The notes below the pieces were generated by a model. The model made no database searches and had not been told where the DNA came from. It saw nothing but the letters and a program-made list of their open reading frames with translations. Shown piece by piece: positions 53,529 through 64,000 of a stretch of DNA of 64,000 bases; position 1 is the first letter of the stretch; each line of letters begins with the position of its first letter. Location of the stretch: the NCBI GenBank assembly GCA_965113315.1, contig OZ220368.1, one strand, 5' to 3'. Source of the stretch: Podarcis vaucheri (lineage: Eukaryota). The position numbers were made by a program, and so were the translations under genes.

Positions 53529-53674
53529 ATATGTGGATCATAGCTTTGTCCTAATTCTGACTCCTAAGATACATATAAGACCGCAAGGAGTGGAGGGGGG
53601 GGGAATGGAAAGTACTCATTCAGGTGACATGCACAAATACATCAGATGTAAGACTTGGAGAATGAAAACTGCTT

Positions 53675-53747
53675 GGCAGGGGGTTGGACTTGATGGCCCT
53701 TGTGGTCTCTTCCAACTCTATGATTCTATGATTCTCTGATTCTATGA
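53675..53747 (+). mobile_element. CR1-type 3' tail fragment
   Basis: ggggttggacttgatggcc...ttccaactctatgattctatgattct. Confidence 0.75.
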
Positions 53748-54129
53748 AAACTACATGTATTCAAACTTCAATACCCAAGCAACCTGAGCTTTAACTTTCA
53801 TGGAAGCTGTCCTCTAAGTCAAATATTCTAATAATTATATGAAGGAGCTAATGCCTCTTTTACATTCAATGTTCATAGCCTCATGGTACTCTTCCTTTTC
53901 TGGTTTACCAAGACAAGTTGAACACTGGAAAAATGGGAAACTGGGAGAAAGCAAAATGGACAAATCCAACTTAAATAATACAACCTATGCTTTATATGAA
54001 TGACAATAAAACATTCCAAGATTTTGGAATGTAAACGACACATTCCTAACGCTGGAATTTTTAAGTTTTGTTTATGGTGGGTAAGCACCTTCCTATACAT
54101 ATAACACAGATAATTGTAATAGCTTAAGT

Positions 54130-54265
54130 CAGGCATAGGCAAACTCCGGTCCTCTAGATGTTTCGGACTACTATTCCCATCATTCCTTACCACTAGTCCT
54201 GTTAGCTAGGGATGATGGGAACTGTAGTCCCAAACATCTGGAGGGCCTGAGTTTGCCTATGCCTG
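54130..54265. mobile_element. hAT (Charlie-type) MITE
   Basis: 17-bp perfect TIR CAGGCATAGGCAAACTC and perfect 8-bp TSD gcttaagt (54122-54129, 54266-54273). Almost fully palindromic. Confidence 0.92.
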
Positions 54266-55278
54266 GCTTAAGTGTTATGTTACTACAGGAAAAGGGAAGG
54301 AGGCAGTAGCTCTGTCTCTTTTGGCCATACCGGTCACCATCCAACTTGTGGAGGATGAATGTCTCAATTGCATAGCTTCCTATACTCATTGAGGCTCCCT
54401 GTCTGTTTCAGTACCCTGGCAAGTCAGGGTTCTAGAATGTGCAGGGCGTTCTAGAAGGTGCATATATTAGACAGTGTCTGATAAAGTGGTGGAAGCAGCA
54501 GCAGCACGCAGAGCTGCGTGAATGTTTCTTGCTGCTCCCTTCACTTACTTGAAATGGGGGGTGGGGGTGGACAGAACTGTGGAATTTAAACACAGTGGTA
54601 ACTGGGTAGTTGTGTAGATCATATTAAAGGATGAAGATTAAGAAACAGGGCTTCAAATAAGAGTGGGGTAGGTCAGAAGACCGCACTGTAGTTTAGCTGC
54701 AGAGACAGCAAAGAGAAAGGACTCAGGAGACAGCTGCAAATAAAATGTTTCACTCCAAAGAGAGGTGGGAATTATTTTCTAAGCCTTGTAGCCATGCAGC
54801 GTCTGTGTGTTTTGCGGCACCAGAAGACAGGGATAAACCTCCTCTCCCCAAATGCTGCAATCCCAATAACAGAGCCCCCTGAGCATGCGGTTAAGGACAA
54901 ACAAGCAATGTAGCTGCACACTATGTATTAAGCGCTAACATGCAGTTTGACCAATACATCACAACTGGAAAGAAGAGCCTAGAGTAGTAGTTTGACAAAT
55001 CCTAAAATGAAGGCCAAAACACACATTTATTTACTAAGTGTGGTTAGCAACTGCATTTTTTTTTTTTAAAAAATAGATACCAGGTGTGACGGTCATTTCC
55101 AAAAGGAGGGAAGATTTAGCCCTCCCTTCCCGAACCATGATTCCCAATGATAATCAGCCCCCCTTGCCCACAGAGTTACAAGGCATAGAAAAGTACAGTG
55201 GGAGCTGTTTTTCAGACAGAGCAATCCAAATACCTTTATGCTGGCATAGAGCGCTCACTACTGCCCACAAATTCATAC

Positions 55279-55356
55279 TGAATTTGTGTGTGTTAACATC
55301 ATGCTGGAAGAATCCAGTGAATTTGTGTGTGTTAACGTCCTGCTGGAAGGATCCAA
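55279..55356. repeat. 39-bp tandem duplication
   Basis: tgaatttgtgtgtgttaacRtcMtgctggaagRatcca x2. Confidence 0.92.
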
Positions 55357-55370
55357 AATGAAGTGTTGCA

Positions 55371-55516
55371 GGGAGGGGCTCAGTAGGTAGTGCATTAAAC
55401 TTTTAATCTTAGGATTGTGGGTTCAAGCCCCATGTTGGGCAAAAAGATTCCCACATTGCAGGGGGTTGGACTAGATGACCCTCGCGATCCTTTCCAACTC
55501 TACAATTCTGTGATTC
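55371..55516 (+). mobile_element. tRNA(Lys)-like head plus CR1-tail SINE (Squam2-like)
   Basis: ggctcagtaggtag...gggttcaagccccatgttgggc plus CR1 tail; same family as 26425-26568. Confidence 0.75.
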
Positions 55517-57127
55517 CCTCCCGCATATATTGAAGCTTCTATATTTATAAAGCCACTTTTTAAGGCCTCATTTTCAGTGGTCACTCTAGATGGCACAATT
55601 ACTTCTGATTGTCATTCAATTTTCTGCCATTTTCTTATAACATCTATGCTCTATTCCAGATGTAGGAGTGATATATAGATACGTGGATGTACTATTTAGT
55701 TAGAATCATGGGTCTGGAAAGTTTCTTGAAATGTCTTTTGAAAAACAAGAGGGATCTGCCCTAAACCCCTCTACAATCAGATCCAGCAAGAACACAAAGT
55801 ATATAAGCTGTCTGCAAAGTAGGGATCGGAACAAATTTGGTTCAGGTCACATTTAAAGGCGAATCTATCAAACCTGCGCTTTCCAGAACAATATGAGAAC
55901 CAAAACACAACCATCCCTTGAAATTCACACTTAACCAAATTTTGTGATATAGTTACCCAATCAAACAATGGGTAGAAATCAATATAGTGCTAAAGGGACT
56001 ATTCAGCTCAACTATTTTGCTTTCTTGACAAAACTAACTCCCCTCTCCTCTCCCTATATGCTGTTCTGGGGCTGCCTCTCTCTTCCCCTTCCCAAGCAAC
56101 GACTATCAGTTACACCCTTTGTATATTTATTCTGTATCTGTTAACTCTGAACTTCCACAGAGCGTAAGTGTCTTGCTGTGGTACCCATGGAGGCAGCACA
56201 GAAAACCCCCGAATTCATGTGCAGACAGTACTTTCCAGAATGCTTTGTTTACCTTTCATAACAAGCTGCACAGGGGGATTATGTAATTCAAGGGAAATAG
56301 GAGCATCAATAACTATTAAGTCAAGATGTTCTAGGGGATACAGATAATGCTTCAGGATATACCTAAACCAGGCAGTTCAATGAAAAGGAAAAGAAATAGA
56401 TCACTCCATTTGTCACCATTCACTCTTGGGTTTCATCAACTGCTTGAGGTGAAATACGCTGCAGGAGTTGGGCCATTTTGATCATGTCACCTTTATCCTA
56501 ATGTAATGTTTATTACCATGTTCATTATTAATATTTAAGTTGTGCCAGTCAGTAGCACAAATGGGTTATTTAATATGGAGGTGACTCAGTGGCTTCTGAG
56601 GGTGCACATTAAGGAGTGCAGGTAAGATGCAAGTGAGAAAGATTAGACTTGATGAAAAAGCAACAAGGAAGGAAGAAGGGAATGTGAAGCATTATGTGCC
56701 TAAATGAATGGATGTACAACAGTTCAGGAAGGGTTCTATAGGGGAACACAGAGGAACATAAAGTAATCTGCTCGTGTTATGCATATTTTCGGGATTAAAG
56801 AACCCTAAAATCCAGGTGCTTGTTTTCATGCTTGAAACACAAAACTGGATGTAGCATTTATATAATACACCATGAATATTCCTTCTTGTACAGCATCTTT
56901 TTGGTACCACTGCTAACTCTTCCAAATGGGAAAATGTTATTGTTGGGGAAGCAAAGCATTCCCCACTTACCAGAGAGCTACTTTTGAGAAAAGTGAAGAA
57001 AAATGTGCTCTTAGTAATTAAAAAAAATGTGTGAATCCAAATATACGTGAGAAGCAAGATAATAATCAACTCACTCCTTTCCTACGGAGAAAAAAGACCA
57101 AACTGGATCCTATTAGGAACATCATTA

Positions 57128-57625
57128 CAGTGGTGCCCCGCAAGACGAACACCTCGCGAGACGAAAAACTCGCAAGACGAAAGGTTTTTTCGTTTTCGAG
57201 TTGCTTCGCAAGACGAATTTCCCTATGGGCTTGCTTCGCAAAACGAAGCTTGCCCCCGCACCTCTTTTGAAGCAAGGGGCAGCGGGGAGAAGATCGCTTC
57301 TCCCCGTTGCCAGCCCCGCAATCTCCGGGGACAGAGGGGAAGGCGCGCGCGCGCCTTCCCCTCTGTCCCCGGACCCCTTTTGAACCAAGGGGCGGCAACG
57401 GGGAGAAGCGATTCTTCCCGCTGCCCCTTCCCTTGCTTTAAAACAGGTCCGGGGACAGAGGGGAAGGCCCGCGGTGCTTCCCCCCTGTCCCCGGACGGTC
57501 TCCATAGGAACGCATTGATTGATTTTCAATGCATTCCTATGGGAAACCGTGCTTCGCAAGACGAAAAACTCGCAAGAAGAAAAAACTTGTGGAACGAATT
57601 AATTTCGTCTTGCGAGGCACCACTG
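57128..57625. mobile_element. Tc1/mariner-pogo (Tigger-like) non-autonomous element, CpG-rich
   Basis: TA TSD; 22-bp TIR CAGTGGTGCCCCGCAAGACGAA / TTCGTCTTGCGAGGCACCACTG; repeated subterminal CGCAAGACGAA motifs. Confidence 0.9.
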
Positions 57626-57649
57626 TATCAGTATTATTTATTGCTAGGG

Positions 57650-58640
57650 GCTGTGTCCCTGCTTGCTTCGTTCGTCAACCCCCCCTCCCCTTTTAAGACC
57701 TCACCAACCCCCTCTACTAACCCCTTTAGGTCCACAAAGAAGGGCCTCAGATGATGAACACAGGGCCCCTAAGGTATTGGAATCTTGAGCAGCATAAGGC
57801 TTTATAGGTCAAAACCAGCACTTTGAACTGATACTGGAAATTAATTAGCAGCCAACTGGGCCAGGATTAGTGTGGTATCACCAGATCACCTATTCCCAGT
57901 CTGCCCTCTGAATTCTGCACTACCTGCAGTTTCTGAATTGTATTAAAATGCAGCCCGAAGTATAACACATTGCAGTAATCCAAAGCAAGAACTTAGTACA
58001 GTGTTTATAATAGAAGTTAGGCTACCCCTGTCAGAACAGTGCCATAACTGTGCCACCAGTGAAAGCTGATGGAAGGTACTCTGTGGCACTGAGGTCACTT
58101 GTGCCTCCACGGACACCTGCTGTGTCCCTAAGCATCCTCAAACTGTATTCTTGCTCCTTTAGGAGAAGTTCAACTCTATCAAGAACAGGTAATGAAGAAC
58201 AGATTTGTGTCTCATCTGAATATTGATGGCAACACAGTCCAAATCCCTGGATGAGCCCAGTCAGTGGTTTCATGTAGATGCTAAACAGCCTGGGGGGACA
58301 AATCTGGTCCGTGTGGCATCCCACACTGGAGGATCCATGGGGCCAAGCAGCATCTCCCAACACCACTCTCTGGAAATGGGCATCTAAGTAGGGTAGGAAC
58401 TATTTTAAAGTGGAACCACCCACTCCCTAATTGGAGAGCCACTCTAAAAGAATACCATGGTCAATCAACACTCTCCCTGTTTCTCATCCACCCCTAACCC
58501 AACAAATACAGAGCTACCAAGGCAGTTTCTGTGTCAAAACAAGGCCTAAACCCCAGTTGAAATGGATCTAGAAAACCAGACTGGATCCAAGAGTACCTGA
58601 TTCTGGTTAGCAACCACCCGCTTAAGGACTTTGCTCAGTA
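57650..58640 (-). mobile_element. Old L2 LINE RT fragment
   Basis: LFSIYMKPLTGLIQGFGLCCHQYSDETQI corresponds to the degenerate YADD region. Confidence 0.8.
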
Positions 58641-58977
58641 ACATAAGATGAATAGCCTCATATTGTTATTTTCAAATTAATCTGCTATTCTACTTCAACA
58701 TCAAATGGATTAGAATAACCACTTGGCTGAAGTTATTCAGTTGGTCTGCCATCTGGTAATTCAGTCCTAGGGCTTAGAACATGGTAAGGAGGAGGCAAGA
58801 ATTACATGAAGCCCTAAAGCAGGTGTGTCTGAGCTGAATTTATTGTAAGCTAGATATAAAAATATGATCCAGGATACTAGCATTATAATTATTCAGACAT
58901 CGCAACTGTTTCTAGGTTAAGAGATCACACTATTTTGGGGAGGGGCAGTTAACACTAATTCACATGGACCTCACACT

Positions 58978-59125
58978 GAGCCAGTGTAGTGTAGTGTATT
59001 AAATGCTGGTTTTGGCCCAGATCACTCTCAGGCTAACCTACTTCACAGTATTGGTGTGAAGATGAAATGGGGAAATCCCATGTATGCTGCACTGAGATCC
59101 TCAAAGGAAGGATAGCACAATAGTA
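58978..59125 (+). mobile_element. Old degenerate Squam3/CORE-like SINE
   Basis: gagccagtgtagtgtagtg head and ctaacctacttcacag core resemble the 6166 family. Confidence 0.55.
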
Positions 59126-59197
59126 CTAGGATTTTTTTCATGTAAGAATCACTTACCACGAAACATGCCAAAGCAATTAACAATAAAAACAAACATA

Positions 59198-59442
59198 GGT
59201 AAAGGTAAAGAGACCTCTGACCATTAGGCCCAGTCGTGGCCGACTCTGGGGTTGTGGCGCTCATCTCGCTTTATTGGCCGAGGGAGCCGGCGTACAGCTT
59301 CCGGGTCATGTGGCCAGCATGACTAAGCCGCTTCTGGCGAACCAGAGCAGCGCACGGAAATGCCATTTACCTTCCCGCCGGAGTGGTACCTGTTTATTTA
59401 CTTGCACTTTGACATGCTTTCAAACTGCTAGGTTGGCAGGAG
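59198..59442 (-). mobile_element. Sauria SINE, 5'-truncated (no tRNA head)
   Basis: Matches the body and tail of the other copies. TSD aaaaacaaacata at 59185-59197 and 59443-59455. Confidence 0.9.
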
Positions 59443-60314
59443 AAAAACAAACATACATCAACTATAAAAAGATATATAAAACAATTTCCAGTTCAATGCG
59501 GATAAAGACTAGGTAAAAACCTTCACTTGAAAGGCTTGTGATAAGAGGAATGTCTTTATCAGACACCCAAACCACTCTAAAGGTATGATTCCTATATCAT
59601 ACCTCCTGATGAGAAGACACGTGCAGGGTATAGTGTGGGTGGGTTACTCTTTTAGATACCCTAGCCTTAAAATCTCCCAGTGTTCGAAACTCCTACTGTT
59701 CTAGGACAGGAAATTTCATTAGTGTGAGCAGTTTCTGAGCTCTGGGCTGCACCTAAGATTTCAGATTAAAACTGCCAAGTGGAAGGAAAGGAGGACCTTT
59801 TGCAGCCTCCCCACTTCTAGCTACTCTCTGAAGACTGGAAAAGAGACCTTCTTAAGAATTTAAGGGGGTGGGCAGGAGAAGGACTAGACCATGTGAAAAA
59901 TGAACACAATATTTTAGCTGCAGTTCATTCATTTTCAGCTTTGCATTCTTGTTATTAAAAAAGTGCGCCTAGATATTCTGTTGTTGCACCATAACCTAGG
60001 TTTAAGGTGCCATTTAGCTCCTAGCTTTCATATCTCAGTTTCTAACACTGAAATCTCCTAATGACAGCTCCCAATGGCTTCATACACGCTAAATGACACC
60101 GGGGGGCAGGATGGTACCTTGCAGCACCCCACTGCCAGGGGGCTGAAAAACCACCAGTCTATTTTCTGAAACTGACCTCAAAGAAAGGATCAGAACCACT
60201 GTCAAATATTAATAATTTATTATTTATATGCCGCCTATCTGACTGGGTTTTCCCAGCCACTCTGGGCAGCTTCCAACAAATTAAAACACAATACAACATC
60301 AAACATTAAAAACA

Positions 60315-61440
60315 CGGCACATCTCATCAGTTCCGGACCACATCATGTTCAATGGTATCACTCAAGAATTACAGGGTCACACACCTCTTGTACTCCTGAT
60401 AAAAGTCATACGTTCGGGTGCTCACTGTTGATTCAGTCCACAAACCAAGCCTGATTCTTGACTGGAATATGTCAATAACTCATATCACTCAATAATACTT
60501 GTTACTGTCCTGTCATAGCCCCCTCAATCACCTTTCCTCAAGAATTGGTATTTGTGACCGGGCAGTGATTGTCACAAACGAGGGGGTCCAATGTAAGCTT
60601 TTCCAGGAGGGGTTGAATCAAAGCATCTTTCAAAACTGACAGGACCATTCCATCCTGCAATGATGTGTTGACCACACCCAGAGCCCACCCAGTCAACCTC
60701 GATGGCATGCTTTAATAAGCCAAGAGGGAACAAGGGCTGAGGAAGCAAATGGTTGGGTGCATTGTTCGAAGCATCTTGCACACATCTTCAGGTGACATCA
60801 GTTGAAACCTATCCATGTCACAGCAGCCACTGCACTGTATGCCTCACTGGAGGCTGAAATAAATGTGGTGTGAAGAATGTGACAGAAGTGACAAATGTGA
60901 TAGTTATATAGATCTCTGAGTACAAGGTGGATGGCAACTTTGGGCATGCTGTTATCTTTCTGTGCATGGTTGGCACCTGACAGTTAAACTGTGAGACCTG
61001 ACTTTGCAATCAGCTCCTCGTGTGCACAATGGACATCTATCACGGCAGCAAAACAGACAGGTGCCCGCGGTGTCTCACATTGTGGACTCAGCCCTCCCAC
61101 TCCAAAAGCTACAGCTTCCTCTCTGACAAAACTGTGTTTAAGAAAATTTCAATTCGTGCATTTATTCTCTGGCCTGACCTCCCCGAGTCACTGCTTTTAT
61201 ACTGGTCAAAAATTCTGTCTGTGTTCAAACAAAAGGTTTATAACTTCTCCACTTGTTACGCCTCCAAAGATGAAGACCAAAAATTTAAATGTTGCCCAAT
61301 GGCCAAGACGTTTGAAATTTGATGGGCATAACAGGGTGACCGACACCATGACACACACTCTAAGATGTCAAAATAATTTCTGTAACAAGGGTATTTGAAA
61401 TTTGTGTTGTCTCATGGGCATGTTCTCATATATGGTGATC
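60315..61440 (-). mobile_element. Old L2 LINE ORF2 fragment
   Basis: Manual translation VVNTSLQDGMVLSVLKDALIQPLLEKLTLDPLVCDNHCPVTN...GKVIE resembles L2 'PLLKKPSLDP...NYRPVSN...GKVIE'. Upper boundary approximate. Confidence 0.7.
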
Positions 61441-62499
61441 ACTATTCCATTAAAAGTGTGATTATTTGCTAGTATCTTCCTTTTTCTTAAATGCTTGTCA
61501 TTGGAAGAGCTAGGGCTGCAGATAGATGCTCTGGTCATCTACAGTGGTCTCTGACATGTCAAAGATGACACATGAGAGAGTTTAAAAACCTAATTATACC
61601 GGACACTAGCAATGTATTTCCTTTTAATGACAACCATTTATGTGACAAAATTTAACTACTTGCCCTCATGCAATTACTTGGCCTGTTGTTGAAGTGGAAG
61701 GAACAAAATCACTCACTTAGGTCACCCAAAAGCAGTCACTTAAAAAAAAAAAGCAACAATACTGTTGACAGGCCAATGACATTAACTAATGCTAAAAATG
61801 TCAGGAATATTTATATAACTAAGCATCATAGCAACTATTACTGATTGTAAAAGCAACTGTGGGCCTGACAAGCAAAACTTACACAGTAACTTATTTTGGC
61901 AATACCATGGGAATAAAATTCGCAAGTGGGTTAAAGCACCACAGCCAACAGAATGGTTCCCATTGGTTACTGTAAGGCTGCAATCCACAGCCCTTATCAT
62001 CAACTAAACTTTGCCACTAATTTCAGTGGGATGTGAATCACACCCCTATATCTGCAATTTTCTACTTCCACATCCTGAGGCAACTATGGTAGAAGTTTCA
62101 AGGAACAAACAGCAAAATAATAAAACTTATTTCCCTGCCCTCTCCCTTTAATAATAGGAAATGTTTGAGAAAGGGGATTCCCCCCTCCCCCGACACTTTC
62201 TACCAATTGCTTTTCCCTACAAAAGTTTCTAGGGCTACAGTATGTCGCAAGAATTTTGTTTCCCCCCTGTTCCCAAGCCTAGTACTTCCCGTGTATTTTC
62301 TCATTTGACTATTCGTGAACATTATTTCATCATTTCAAGTTTGATCTCTCTGCTCTGAGATCCCAATGAATTCCTGCTTGTGGCCTTTGCTCTTCAAGCT
62401 CCACCCATGTCAAGTGTGCAAACATCTTCTGCTCCCTCAAATGCTGCACCCCTTTATCCACTGCTGCCCCTGAAGCCTGGAATGGTGCTAAATCCACTC

Positions 62500-63250
62500 T
62501 ATTTCCCAGTGGGGAAGAGTTGCAGTGGACCACGTGGCCACCCACTCCCCTCCGGGGGCGGGGAACGAAGTCCCATGTCACCCAGAGGTTCCCGGCCACG
62601 TCATTGTCCAGCCAGCCAATCCGTTGGCTGGGGGGGGGCGTGTGGCCGGGCCTCATTTAAACTGAAGCACGAGCCGGAGAGCTTCCGCTTGGCTCACTTC
62701 CTTGATCTTCTGCCTGCCCTCCCTAGGTTCAGGTTTCGGCATTGGCCTTGCTATGGACCTCAGTTGGTCATTGTTGAGGGGCCTGGTAGGAATTTTTCCA
62801 CTTGGCAAATTGGCATGGGCCATTTGGTTTTCACCTATCTCGTAGCAATTGTCACAACTTTGTAAGGTTTGGCGGTTAGGCTTTGGTTGGTCTTATGATG
62901 GGGGAGGGGAAGTGTGGCCATCAACTGCCCCTCAAGCTTAAGGGTATTCCGTTAAAGGAATCCAGGGGTGTGGATCTTGTCCAAAGCCCGGGGCAGGGCT
63001 AGGGCCATGCCACAACCCCGTCAGGAACCTAGGGGGAGCTTCAGTTGGTTTGCATCGACAGGGCTCCCCCTACCAGTGGTTGACCCTTACAGGACTCCCT
63101 GTGTGACGGGCAGGAGTCAGATATAGTCGGGTCAATTCCAATGCCTAAGCCAATACCGCTCACATTCTGTAACCAATAAAGCTGTGGCCTAAATTTGCCC
63201 AATAACCATTAACCGAATATCCATGTTCTTGTGTCTTATGCCATTTGCGT
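62500..63250 (+). mobile_element. LTR-like terminal repeat (possibly a DIRS/Ngaro-type retroelement)
   Basis: GC-rich block with CCAAT, a GC box and TTTAAA, and AATAAA at 63175-63180 followed by gctgtggcc. Family assignment is from recall; boundaries approximate. Confidence 0.55.
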
Positions 63251-63519
63251 TGTTTCATCTTCTAGCCAATCAACTTTGTAATTCAGTACCAGAAGTATGA
63301 GGAAATGTAAACTTTATTAAAACTAAATAAACTGTCAGAAAATAGTGACAGTTGTGTAATTACACTTTTTATCATGGTCATGGATGGACAGAAGGAGCCA
63401 TCTTAAAAATGGACAATTGTTGTTCAACGGCTGTATTTCTTCAGGAAGTATTTTCACTGTTTCATTCATTCATTCATTATTTTACATGAAGTTTAAAATT
63501 ATGAGGACACTGTAAACTT

Positions 63520-63690
63520 GCAGCACTGAAATGCCTCTGAATACCAGTTGCTAGGTACCAGAGGTGGGCTGAGGGCTTTTGTGCTCAGATGCCGTTTGTG
63601 GGCTTCCCACAGGCATCTGGTTGGCTGCTGCGAGAACAGGATGCTGGTTTACAAAGGCCACTGGCCTGATCCAGCAATCTGTTCTTATGT
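63520..63690 (+). mobile_element. CR1 3' end (same family as 4656 and 49650)
   Basis: aacaggatgctgg...ccactggcctgatccagca...gttcttatgt. Confidence 0.7.
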
Positions 63691-64000
63691 ACTATGATTA
63701 TAACAAGATGACTAACTGTTATCTCATTATCTAGCACAATTTACATACAGATGTTTTATCTCGGTTCTGTAATTCTACATGCAGATCACTAACTACCCTT
63801 GTTTTGAGAGCAACTTTAGTTAATCAAAACCCCACTATAGTTTAATCAAGCATTCAACCAATCAGAAGGAATTAAGCAAGCTCTATGTCCTTATTTCACA
63901 CATCTATGGTGTTTTAAGTACTGGTAATTGTGGTGGCTTTACCCCGTTTTTTTAGTTACAAGGTAACAAATATAATTCATTAACATGATCTATATAAAAC

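Noticed and set aside
55371-55445. tRNA-Lys gene (also 26425-26490 and the other SINE heads)
   Set aside because: Degenerate and fused to LINE-derived tails, so these are SINE heads and not tRNA genes.
57047-57754. 235-aa ORF and overlapping ORFs; also CRISPR-like appearance of the repeated CGCAAGACGAA motifs
   Set aside because: This is a GC-rich non-autonomous DNA transposon with TIRs and a TA TSD. The repeats are short and irregularly spaced, and the genome is eukaryotic.
49607-64000. ELAVL4 exon 3 (GQSLGYGFVNY...KTIK)
   Set aside because: Not found by eye; it presumably lies beyond the window end.

Overview
This is vertebrate genomic DNA from a squamate reptile, probably a lacertid lizard, judging by Sauria SINE/Squam1, Squam3-like SINEs and BovB. 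The one host gene is the 3' half of ELAVL4 (HuD) on the minus strand. Three coding exons are visible: 49453-49606, 46855-47080 and 41625-41952. A ~2.5-kb AU-rich 3'UTR runs down to about 39090. The 39-nt hinge exon 6 is not visible and probably lies in the N-gap at 44854-44993; the upstream exons lie beyond the window. Positions 1-39000 are intergenic, with no protein-coding gene I can support. They carry LINE fragments (L2, CR1, L1, BovB, Penelope), SINEs, hAT/pogo/Harbinger-type MITEs, a solo LTR, and several repeat-free blocks that may be conserved enhancers. Most ORFs in the supplied track are spurious or repeat-derived. The most interesting observation is a pair of candidate extra exons flanking the expected exon 6: a 19-nt frameshifting microexon (45278-45296) and a 182-nt stop-containing exon (44482-44663). 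Together they suggest an unproductive or truncating splicing switch for HuD. This is inferred from splice signals only and needs RNA evidence.
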